Of a DNA stretch of 31,779 nucleotides, positions 1 through 8,256 are shown piece by piece (the stretch's first letter is position 1; each line of letters opens with the position of its first letter). The translations under genes were made by a program, and so were the position numbers. The notes below the pieces were generated by a model. That model did no database searches, was not told where the DNA came from, and saw nothing but the letters and a program-made list of their open reading frames with translations. Source of the stretch: Thecamonas trahens ATCC 50062 (taxonomy: Eukaryota; Protista; Apusomonadida); NCBI RefSeq assembly GCF_000142905.1, contig NW_013657631.1:257323-289101 (forward strand), read 5' to 3'.

Positions 1-129
1 CGGACAAGTCCCTCCCTCCCCCCCTACTCCCCCCCCCCCCTACCCCCCCCCCAACCTCCTCCCCCCTACCCCCCCTACCCCCCCTGCCCCCCTCCACTCA
101 CCCTCCTCCACTCCATCCCACCACCGTAG
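1..129 (+). other. Probable 3' part of an intron (C-rich low-complexity tract ending in TAG acceptor)
   Basis: C-run-rich tract with CTCAC at ~97-101, then ...ccaccgTAG|GAG GTG in frame with the kinase ORF. No convincing donor site lies in the window. Confidence 0.55.
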
Positions 130-3100
130 GAGGTGACTAGCCCGTTTGCTGTGTTTGGCGTCCCGCTGGCCCAGTCGCTCTCCAATGCCGGTCAGGCGCC
201 CAACGAGGTGCCGGCTGTGGTTGATGCTGCCATCACAGCGCTGCTGGCGCTGCCGAGCCTGCCGGACGGGTTCAGCATTTCGCTGTCAAACGATTACCAG
301 AGCGTGCAGAACGTGCGGATGCAGGCCGATGATTGCGAGAGCCCGGAGCTGTCGGGCCTCTCGGCGAGCGAGCTCGTCGACGTGGTGCGGATGTTTGTCT
401 CCGCGCTGCCGGCGGCGCTCATTCCAGCCGACACGGCCAAAGCCATGATTTTGCTAACGACGACGGCGCCGTCGACCGGCCGCGCCGACAAGTACCGCTA
501 CCTGCTGGGCACGCTGGCACCTGCGGAGCGGGCGCTGCTGACGCGGATCCTGGAAGCCATCCGCCGGATGGTCAAGGCGCCTGGCGTGAGCATGGCCAAC
601 GCGGTGGCCGCCTTTGGCCCGGCCTTTATCCGGGATCCCGAGTCGAGTACACTGTCCAAGCTCCGGCTCGATGCACTGCAGCCGCTGGTTGCGGTTCTCG
701 CCGGCGAGTACGCGTCGCTCTTCTCGACGCCGGTAGAGGGCTCGGTTGAGTACGTGTCGTTTGGGGTGACGCGTGCGACGCTTGTTCCGTTCTCGAGCTC
801 TTTTCTGGCGGCCGACGCGTCAGACGTGGTGTTCATCATGCGGCAGGCCGGCAACGCGCCGCTGTGGTACGGTGAGTCGAGCTCGGGCGCCGGCCACTTT
901 CCGCCGGCGGCCGTCCAGGTTGTGGGCTTCCTCCCGCCGCTGCACGGCTCGGCGGCGGCGGCGCCGCGCCCCAAGGCCGTGACCTCGAACGCCACGGCGC
1001 TCCGTGGCGCGCCGCTCACCATCTCCATCGGGGGCAAGACTGTGTACAACGGCGCCATCCAGCACTCGTCGGCGTTCAAGGAGGCCATGGCCTCGGCCTC
1101 GCCGTCGATCGCCATCACTCTTGTGACCGGCGAGACAACCTCGCTGCTCGCTGTCGGCGACAACGCAGTGCTCGAGCACAAGATGCGGCTGGTGGTTGAA
1201 GACTCGCTCCTCCACGCTGTCACCGCCATGGACCCGGCCATGCCTGCCGGCGCGGCTCTCTCGATCGCCGTCACCACCGAGGCCGGCCCATCGACTGTCC
1301 TCATGTACGTGCCCAAGGGCTCCAAGCTCGTGCACGTCAACGGGGCTCTGGCGACCGCGTTTGGCGTGCCGGCCGGCCTGTGCGAGACGACTGTCGGCGA
1401 GGTCTCGTCGACGACAGCCGGCGAGTCGGACGCGCTGCAGCTCGAGGCCGACGTGCCCGACGCCCAGTTTGCTTTTGCGGTGACCGGGCGGGCCGCGGCT
1501 GTCGAGCCTGCGGGCGCGTCAACAGCGACTGCGGCAGCGGGAGGTAGTGGCACGGGCGCGGGCGCAAGCGCGGCGGCAACGGGCGCAGGCGCAAGCGCGG
1601 CAAACAGCACGGGCGCCAGCAGCTCTGGCGCGAGCGCTGGCGGTGATGGCGGCGACGACGGCGGCGAGGCGACCTACGGCGGCGCGCCGATTATTCTCCA
1701 GATTTGGTTTCGCGAGGGCTCGTACAAGAAGCTCAAGTCGACGTCCGAGACGCCGTGCTTTGAGGTTGTGGCCAAGATTGCGTCGAACCGGGCGGCCAAG
1801 GCCGAGGCGTACACGCTTGCGCTTGTGGCGGCCAAGTCGGACACGCCGTTCAAGTACCTCGGCGACGAAGACCTGCCGTCGGCGGTGCTCAAGTCGAAGC
1901 CCGGCTCGCGGCTGATGTTTGTGCGCAAGCTGCAGCGGTCAGGCGACGCGGCCGTCAACGTCCGCGAGCTCAACCGCAAGTCGTCGGTCTCGATTGTGCA
2001 GGTCTTCTACGAGGATCACTACTCGTCGTTCCGGTGCTCGCCGGCAACGACAGCGGCCGAGCTGGCGGAGCAGGTCATGCGCAAGCCGGTCTTTGCCGGA
2101 AAGGACCTCTCGGCGTATGCGCTGTACGAAAAGGTGGGCGAGCTCCAGCGGCAGCTCGAGCCGTCGGAACTCCCGTCCGACCTCTTTACCAAGTACCAGA
2201 GCGAGGGCGTGGTCGTCCAGTTTGTGCTCCGTCACAAGACGCTCGAGCTCGGCGAGTATGCGTTCATCGAGGAGCGGACGCGGAAGGAGAAGGTCAAGCT
2301 CGAGGACTTTGACCTGCTCAAGGTCATCGGGCGCGGTGGATACGGCAAGGTCTGCCAGGTGCAGAAGAAGGACACCGGCGGCATCTACGCCATGAAGATC
2401 ATCTCCAAGGCGTCGATTGTCAAGGAGAAGGACCTGCTCCACACCAAGGAGGAGCAGCGGATCCTGGCGTCGATCAAGCACCCGTTCCTCCTCCACCTAC
2501 AGTACTCGTTCCAGACGCCCGAGAAGCTGTACCTGGTCATGGACTACATCAACGGCGGCGAGCTCTTCTTCCACCTCTCGAACGAGGGCTTCTTCCCCGA
2601 GGAGCAGGCCAAGTTCTACACGGCCGAACTCGTCCTCGCCCTCGACCACCTCCACTCGCACAACATCCTCTACCGTGACCTCAAGCCCGAGAACGTGCTC
2701 CTCGACGCCGAGGGCCACGTCCGGCTCTGTGACTTTGGCCTGTGCAAGGCCACGGCGTCGACGACCGGCACCCTCTGCGGCACGGCCGAGTATCTCGCGC
2801 CCGAGATGCTCAAGGGCGAGGGCTACGGGCCCGAGGTCGATTGGTGGGAGGTCGGCGTGCTCATGTACGAGATGCGGACCGGTGCCCCGCCGTTTGTGGC
2901 CGAAGAGGGCGAGTCACAGGTCGACCTCTTCCGCAAGGTCCTCTACTCGAACCCGCCGGTCGACCCGGCGGTGTTCTCGGACAACGCAGCCTCGCTTCTC
3001 CTCGGCCTCATGGAGAAGGACCCCTCCCAGCGGCTCGGCTCTAACTCAGTCGAGGACATCAAGAGCCATCCGTTCTTTGCCTGCTACGACTGGGACGCCC

Positions 3101-3294
3101 TTTACAACCGCCAGATCGAGCCGCCGTTCAAGCCCAACGTCGCCGACGCCTCGTCCACCGCCAACGTCGACGAGGAATTCCTCAACATGTCTGTCGCCGA
3201 CACCCTTGTCGAGCCCTCGGAGCTGTCTTCGGTCGTCCAGGGCTCGGCCTTTGATGGCTTCTCCTACGTCGCCGACTCTGCCTTTAACAACTGA
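130..3294 (+). CDS. Multidomain AGC-family Ser/Thr kinase (Akt/SGK/S6K-like): degenerate RhoGAP, SH3-like, two Ras-association domains, kinase and AGC C-tail. Probably the last exon of a gene starting upstream
   Basis: Kinase motifs GRGGYGKV, YAMK, YRDLKPEN, DFGLCK, TLCGTAEYLAPE and hydrophobic motif FDGFSY. N-terminal VFGVPL...VPAVV...LP..LIP...FGPAFIR matches the RhoGAP pattern. There is no ATG before the domain start; an in-frame TAG at 127-129 after a pyrimidine-rich tract looks like a 3' splice site. Confidence 0.9.
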   Translation, partial: EVTSPFAVFGVPLAQSLSNAGQAPNEVPAVVDAAITALLALPSLPDGFSISLSNDYQSVQNVRMQADDCESPELSGLSASELVDVVRMFVSALPAALIPADTAKAMILLTTTAPSTGRADKYRYLLGTLAPAERALLTRILEAIRRMVKAPGVSMANAVAAFGPAFIRDPESSTLSKLRLDALQPLVAVLAGEYASLFSTPVEGSVEYVSFGVTRATLVPFSSSFLAADASDVVFIMRQAGNAPLWYGESSSGAGHFPPAAVQVVGFLPPLHGSAAAAPRPKAVTSNATALRGAPLTISIGGKTVYNGAIQHSSAFKEAMASASPSIAITLVTGETTSLLAVGDNAVLEHKMRLVVEDSLLHAVTAMDPAMPAGAALSIAVTTEAGPSTVLMYVPKGSKLVHVNGALATAFGVPAGLCETTVGEVSSTTAGESDALQLEADVPDAQFAFAVTGRAAAVEPAGASTATAAAGGSGTGAGASAAATGAGASAANSTGASSSGASAGGDGGDDGGEATYGGAPIILQIWFREGSYKKLKSTSETPCFEVVAKIASNRAAKAEAYTLALVAAKSDTPFKYLGDEDLPSAVLKSKPGSRLMFVRKLQRSGDAAVNVRELNRKSSVSIVQVFYEDHYSSFRCSPATTAAELAEQVMRKPVFAGKDLSAYALYEKVGELQRQLEPSELPSDLFTKYQSEGVVVQFVLRHKTLELGEYAFIEERTRKEKVKLEDFDLLKVIGRGGYGKVCQVQKKDTGGIYAMKIISKASIVKEKDLLHTKEEQRILASIKHPFLLHLQYSFQTPEKLYLVMDYINGGELFFHLSNEGFFPEEQAKFYTAELVLALDHLHSHNILYRDLKPENVLLDAEGHVRLCDFGLCKATASTTGTLCGTAEYLAPEMLKGEGYGPEVDWWEVGVLMYEMRTGAPPFVAEEGESQVDLFRKVLYSNPPVDPAVFSDNAASLLLGLMEKDPSQRLGSNSVEDIKSHPFFACYDWDALYNRQIEPPFKPNVADASSTANVDEEFLNMSVADTLVEPSELSSVVQGSAFDGFSYVADSAFNN

Positions 3295-3501
3295 TACCAA
3301 TTATTCCCCCCCCCCCCCCCCCCTCCGTCGCGCGCGCGCATCTGTTGAAACATAGCCCACGCCAACCGCAGCAGTAGTCGCCCGCCGAGAAGCGAACCGT
3401 CGGCCGCCGCCCAACGTTTGTCCACTTTGCCACTTTGCCGACGTCACCTCACGGCACCGCCTCCCCCCCCCCCTCCCCCCCTCCCCCCTGCCTACCTAAA
3501 A

Positions 3502-4167
3502 ATGACCTCCCTTCGCTCCTCGTCGGCAGCTCTTCCGCTCGCCCTCGTCCTCGCCCTCGCCCTCGTCCTCACCTTCGCCCTCGGGCCGCAGGCGGTGGCC
3601 GGCGGCGGCGGGCTGGATGACTTCAAGGAGATCGGCGACGGCATCGAGCGCATTCTCCGCGCACGGGAAGCCGCCAGCAGCGGAGGTGGAAGTGGAGCAG
3701 GACAGACACGGCGATCGCGGACCAAGACGACGACATCGAGCACGGACGATCACATCCGGCAGGCGCTGGGAGATCTGGGCCTCACCTCCGGCTGCGAGTT
3801 CCGCTGCCCCGGCGGGCTCAAGTACTCGGCCAGGCCCAATCACACGCCAGAGGCCAACGGATGTGGGACGGGCCCGATGCGGGTGCCAGAGACGCTGGTC
3901 GATTTTACGCCCTGCTGCAACGAGCACGATGTGTGCTACCACACCTGCGGATCGTCCAAGGCTGCCTGTGACAACGAGTTTACCGCCTGCATGGACAGCC
4001 TTTGCCACTCATCGGGCCTCTCCGAGTCGGACGTCGGCATCTGCCACGCCCAGGGCCGCATCTTTGGTCTTGCCGTCGCCTACGGGGGCTGCACCCCATA
4101 CCTCGACTCGCAGGGCGACGCGTGCCTCTGCCACAACCCCGAGGACGCGTACAAGGGCGATCTGTAG
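3502..4167 (+). CDS. PLA2G12: Group XII secretory phospholipase A2-like protein
   Basis: Hydrophobic signal peptide after ATG 3502; C.FRCP, NGCG (Ca2+ loop), CCNEHDVCYHTCG (His-Asp dyad), CDNEF..C, GC.PYLDSQ..AC.C; ends KGDL, a KDEL-like tail. Confidence 0.9.
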   Translation: MTSLRSSSAALPLALVLALALVLTFALGPQAVAGGGGLDDFKEIGDGIERILRAREAASSGGGSGAGQTRRSRTKTTTSSTDDHIRQALGDLGLTSGCEFRCPGGLKYSARPNHTPEANGCGTGPMRVPETLVDFTPCCNEHDVCYHTCGSSKAACDNEFTACMDSLCHSSGLSESDVGICHAQGRIFGLAVAYGGCTPYLDSQGDACLCHNPEDAYKGDL

Positions 4168-4194
4168 TGTGGACCATGACCACCCAGGTGATGC

Positions 4195-4260
4195 GTGATA
4201 CGCACACACACACGCGCGCACATACACACACACGCGCACACACAGACGGGTAAACACACA
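4195..4260. repeat. Alternating purine-pyrimidine (CA/CG)n microsatellite
   Basis: cgcacacacacacgcgcgcacatacacacacacgcgcacacaca lies in the intergenic region. Confidence 0.85.
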
Positions 4261-4383
4261 ACTCGCACGTGCAATCACATCACCGTGCTCCAGCCGCTGC
4301 CCCCCCCCCCCCCCCCCCCCCTCCCGCTGTCGCTCCCCGCCCCAGCCACCGCCCCACCCCTCTCCCGCCCGCCCTCCACCGCC

Positions 4384-5610
4384 ATGGCTACCAGCGGGAT
4401 GGACGACCTCTATGAGGTGTTCCCAGACTTCCAGCCGACCCCATCCCGAGCCGCCCGAACGACGCCCAAAGCCAGCCCGTCCTCGCCGTCCTCGCCTCGG
4501 CCCGGCCGTTCATCTGGTGCCAGCTCGGTAGCCACTCTGGCCAAATCGCGCTCGCTGGCTCGGCGTCGGGAGGCCGCCCGTGGCACCGCACGACTCTCGG
4601 CGCATGATCGGCTATACCGTGCCGGAAGGGAAGCCATTTCACGCCGGGCGCATATGGATGCCCTTGCCTCGGGGCCGCCAAAGACCCTCACGGCTCGTGC
4701 ATCGTCGCTCTCATCGTCGCCGCACAAGTCGCCATCGCCGCACAAGTCGCCGTCGCACCGCCCCTCCTCGCCTTCACACCCGCAGACGGGTGGCATACAT
4801 CTGGATGGCCTGTCACCGGCCGATGAGGCTTCGTTCAAGGTCTTTGTCCACTCGCCAGACGGACGCCCGGCAAAGGTCGAGGTCGAGAAGGCCAAGAACG
4901 AGTACAGAGCACTCAAGGACGAGCTGGATCACCACGGTGGCTCGGTCTCCCGCCTGGCGCGGGCTATTGCCGACCAGACGGCCGAAATCGAGGAGATTGA
5001 GGCCGGCATTGCCGCCAACAAGGGCGTTGTCACCTCGTTGAGCGCAGATCTCAACGAGCTGCACGGCGATCCGGCTGCCGTGCTCAAGGTCGAGCGGACC
5101 GAGGACGCGTTGGCGGACGCCCAGGACGAGCTCGCCGATCGCGAGGCCGAGCTGCGGAGCGCCCGCGTCGAGCTGACAAAGTTCAAGCGCGAGTACAAGC
5201 TTGTCCGTGCCAAGCTCGACGTCGGTCTTGCACGCAAAGACCAGCTCAAGGCCCACATCGGATCGCTCCACGCTGAGTTGTACGAGGCGTGGAAGGCGTG
5301 GGATGAGGCCAACACCGCCGCAGGTATCCCGGCCCCGCTCGCGGCGGGCACCGTCCGCATTGCAGGCGCCGCCCCACGCAGGTCTCGGCGTCGGGCAAAC
5401 GACCCTCACCCGGATGCTGCCTACCGCCAGCTCTTTGACGTCCGCGGCACCGGCGTTGTCACGCTCGACGAGCTCATGCAAGTTCTTGACACCATCGGCG
5501 CCCGCACCGCGGGCCGCGACGAGGTCGCTGCTCTCTTCCAGCGATACACCGCACGCGACGGCACCATCGACGTCCGCGACATCCTTGCTGTTATTCTGCA
5601 CGACTCTTAG
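4384..5610 (+). CDS. Hypothetical protein: Ser/Pro-rich N-terminus, long coiled coil, C-terminal EF-hand pair
   Basis: ATG in gccATGg context; heptad-rich segment EVEKAKNEY...AELYEAW; FDVRGTGVVTLDEL and RDGTIDVRDIL resemble calmodulin-type EF-hand loops, the second degenerate. Confidence 0.75.
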   Translation: MATSGMDDLYEVFPDFQPTPSRAARTTPKASPSSPSSPRPGRSSGASSVATLAKSRSLARRREAARGTARLSAHDRLYRAGREAISRRAHMDALASGPPKTLTARASSLSSSPHKSPSPHKSPSHRPSSPSHPQTGGIHLDGLSPADEASFKVFVHSPDGRPAKVEVEKAKNEYRALKDELDHHGGSVSRLARAIADQTAEIEEIEAGIAANKGVVTSLSADLNELHGDPAAVLKVERTEDALADAQDELADREAELRSARVELTKFKREYKLVRAKLDVGLARKDQLKAHIGSLHAELYEAWKAWDEANTAAGIPAPLAAGTVRIAGAAPRRSRRRANDPHPDAAYRQLFDVRGTGVVTLDELMQVLDTIGARTAGRDEVAALFQRYTARDGTIDVRDILAVILHDS

Positions 5611-5903
5611 CGCTCACTGGCGCGACCCGACTGCCAGGGCGCGCACGTCGCCCGCGGCCTGTCCGCGCATGAACGGACACCGTGACCGGAATGTCCGGCA
5701 TGGAATCATTGTTGTTGGTCTTGTCGACCGGGTGGACCCTCCGCCTCGCATCGGGCGCCCCTCCCACCTCAAGCCGCAGGCCAAGCAGGCGTCGCGCAGC
5801 GTCGGCCGGAGACCTGGAAGTCAAGCATCATCGAGTTGTTCACTTGGAGACGCGCGACAGCGCGTCCGCACGGCCGTACCGTTAAGGGTTAACAGCCAAG
5901 TCA

Positions 5904-7535
5904 CTACTCGTCGATGCGGACCGGGAGCGAGGCCTTGATCAGGTCGCCTGCGTCGCCGGGACGGGCAGCCATGGCGGCGTTGTAGGCCGCAGCGGCTGCG
6001 GAGCCGGCATCGCCGAGGGTTGGCGGGGCATAGGTAAAGTCAGAGGCGAGGCCGACGTAGCCGGTGCCGTAGACAACTTCGATGGACGAGAGGGTGATGC
6101 CCGAGACGACCGGGATGGGGAAGCCGACGCCAAGGACCTTGTTGATCCAGGGAACGAGGCCCTTGGAGACGGCTAGGTTGACGAGGGCGTCGAGGAGCTG
6201 GACGTTAAAGTTGCCGATGGGCGCAGTGGTGTTGGCCAGCGAGAGGTTGCAGCCGACGTACGAGACCTGGGCGGTGATGTTGTTGGCCGAGACGGCGACC
6301 TTGCCGGTGCCAAAAAGGTGGAGGCCAAGAGTAAAGGCGTAGATGCGCGGCTGGCCGGCGGGGAGGACGTAGACGGCAACGTTGCCGAGCACGTCGCACG
6401 TTGCGCCGTCGGGCGAAATGGCGGCGTTGGGCGTGGCGTTGGCGGCGAGCTCAAACTCGACCTTCATGTCCGGATACGCCTTGTACAGCGCCGGGAGAAG
6501 GAACCGCATCGACGTGGTGTTGAGCGAGACGGGCGACCAGGACGGGAGCTCGTTGACGGTGGTGTGGAGAGCGCCGGCCTTAAAGTAGACGTAGCCAGCC
6601 GAGAGCGCCACGTCCTCCGAGAAGACAAGGTTGATCTCGTCGGCGGCGTCGACAGTGGTCGGGAGCTTGACTGGAGCCCAGGGGCCGGGCGGCGCCGGCG
6701 AGTTGGAGAGGAACTGGCCGAGATGGACCGACGAGAACTGGGTAGCGGTGATGCTTGGCGGGGCGAGCATGGCGTAGTTGACAGACGAGTATTTGTCGAC
6801 CTTCTCCTTGATGGGCAGAGTGGCGAGCGCTTCCTCGGCCTGCTTGTTGATGGCGTCAACAATGGCCGACTTGAGCGAGGACTGGACCGAGGACTTGACC
6901 GAGCCCTTGAAGAGGCCGACGAGCCAGTTGTAGAGCCACGAGGCACCTCCATGGACCTTGATGTGGAACGAGCCAATGTCGACCTCTGAAGCATCAACAG
7001 CAACCGTGGGTCGACCCGAGGCCTCACCGATGGCAACGGTGACGGAGATGGTAGTCTTGGAGACGTCGACACTCGCCGAGCCATGATCGGAGATGTGCGG
7101 CCAAGAGTGCTCACGGTAATGCCAATTGAGGCTCACATCACACACAGCAGCCGAGACACCGACTTGAATGCCGGTACCTGGCTTGAGCTGAAGGATCGAG
7201 TCTGGCAGAGCCAAGTTGGTAATGGCAATGTTCGAGAGAGTGTAGTCGACGTGTCCCACGGGTGTGCCTGCCGAGCCAGAAATGGTTGGCACGGAAATGG
7301 TTTTGAGCTCAGCGAGAATGAGCTCAATGCCCACGTCTTTGATGTACGTCAGGCCTTTTTGAGAGAGGGAGACCGCCACACCAGCACCTCCACCACTTGC
7401 CACCTTGTCGGTCATGCTACGCCTGCCCGTCATGGTTGTCGTTGGCAAGGCCGTGGGCATGGCCGTCGTCGTCATCGACATAATCGCCACTGTGAGCATG
7501 ACAATGCCAAGCATGGCTACAGTCGTCGCTTGCAT
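5904..7535 (-). CDS. BPI/LBP/CETP (TULIP) family secreted lipid-binding protein
   Basis: Signal peptide; G..V.LSQKGL.Y, I.VP.ISG, NWHY, IKVHGGASWLYN.L, and C-terminal P.IN..L..GFPIP...GI.L. The two-barrel length fits the family. Confidence 0.9.
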   Translation of the reverse strand: MQATTVAMLGIVMLTVAIMSMTTTAMPTALPTTTMTGRRSMTDKVASGGGAGVAVSLSQKGLTYIKDVGIELILAELKTISVPTISGSAGTPVGHVDYTLSNIAITNLALPDSILQLKPGTGIQVGVSAAVCDVSLNWHYREHSWPHISDHGSASVDVSKTTISVTVAIGEASGRPTVAVDASEVDIGSFHIKVHGGASWLYNWLVGLFKGSVKSSVQSSLKSAIVDAINKQAEEALATLPIKEKVDKYSSVNYAMLAPPSITATQFSSVHLGQFLSNSPAPPGPWAPVKLPTTVDAADEINLVFSEDVALSAGYVYFKAGALHTTVNELPSWSPVSLNTTSMRFLLPALYKAYPDMKVEFELAANATPNAAISPDGATCDVLGNVAVYVLPAGQPRIYAFTLGLHLFGTGKVAVSANNITAQVSYVGCNLSLANTTAPIGNFNVQLLDALVNLAVSKGLVPWINKVLGVGFPIPVVSGITLSSIEVVYGTGYVGLASDFTYAPPTLGDAGSAAAAAYNAAMAARPGDAGDLIKASLPVRIDE

Positions 7536-8020
7536 AGTGAAAGTGTAGAAGAGTGGCGTGGTCGTTGTCGTCGCCGTTGTCGTACTCGCCGTCGGTCACG
7601 TGAGTCACCACGGTGGCGGGAGGTGAGTGACTTTTCGACGAGCGGGATCGTCTCGCGATTGCGGCGGCGCGAGTGGCGCGGGAGGTCGGCGTACTTGCCC
7701 TGCGGCACGACGAGCTCGTCGAGGTGACGGCTCGGGTCCTGTACCCGCTCAAAGAGTTCGGCAAAGTACGAGGGCACGCCGCCAAAGTAGCTGTTGAGGA
7801 ACTCGATGACCTCATCGCCATCGAGAAGCTTGTTGTTGTCGGCGATGGTTTGCTCGTACGCCGAGCGGAGCCAGCACATGCCGTTGACCACCACCGTGGC
7901 GACCGGCCGAGCGGTCACACCGCTGGCTCGACAGCTTGAGATTTCCTCGCATTTACACATCGTGCCAGTTGGCACGGTCAACCGCATGTACCTGAGCGCC
8001 GTTCGATGGCTTGCGTACAC
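7517..8020 (-). CDS. Possible small hypothetical gene or gene remnant; boundaries uncertain
   Basis: The segment WLRSAYEQTIADNNKLLDGDEVIEFLNSYFGGVPSYFAELFERVQD has protein-like composition and GC-ending codons, within an otherwise long (~720 nt) intergenic gap. No family recognised, and the ORF end overlaps the BPI start. Confidence 0.3.
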   Translation of the reverse strand: MYASHRTALRYMRLTVPTGTMCKCEEISSCRASGVTARPVATVVVNGMCWLRSAYEQTIADNNKLLDGDEVIEFLNSYFGGVPSYFAELFERVQDPSRHLDELVVPQGKYADLPRHSRRRNRETIPLVEKSLTSRHRGDSRDRRRVRQRRRQRPRHSSTLSLCKRRL

Positions 8021-8256
8021 ACGATATCTGTGTCGACGCCATCGGAGCTCTTAGCGAGGTAAGGTGTCACCTGCCTGGCTTCGTCCAGCCAGCCGCGAGT
8101 GGTAGCAACTCGTGGCAGTCGCGGCAGCATTCGATGGCAGAGCAACGACTGACAGCGGCCGGATGGCAAATCGGCTGACGAATGAAAGGCAAGCGGTGGT
8201 GAGGCGTCGGAGAGAGCGACGACGGCCTGGCCAGCGTGGCGCACCCCACTGCGAGC

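Noticed and set aside
127-135. AGGAGG followed by GTG as a bacterial ribosome-binding site and start
   Set aside because: The GTG overlaps the motif with no spacing, and the gene and its neighbours are eukaryotic. A splice acceptor explains the site better.
1551-1605. 27-nt tandem repeat in the kinase gene (TGAGASAAA x2)
   Set aside because: This is an ordinary slippage duplication in a Gly/Ala/Ser linker.
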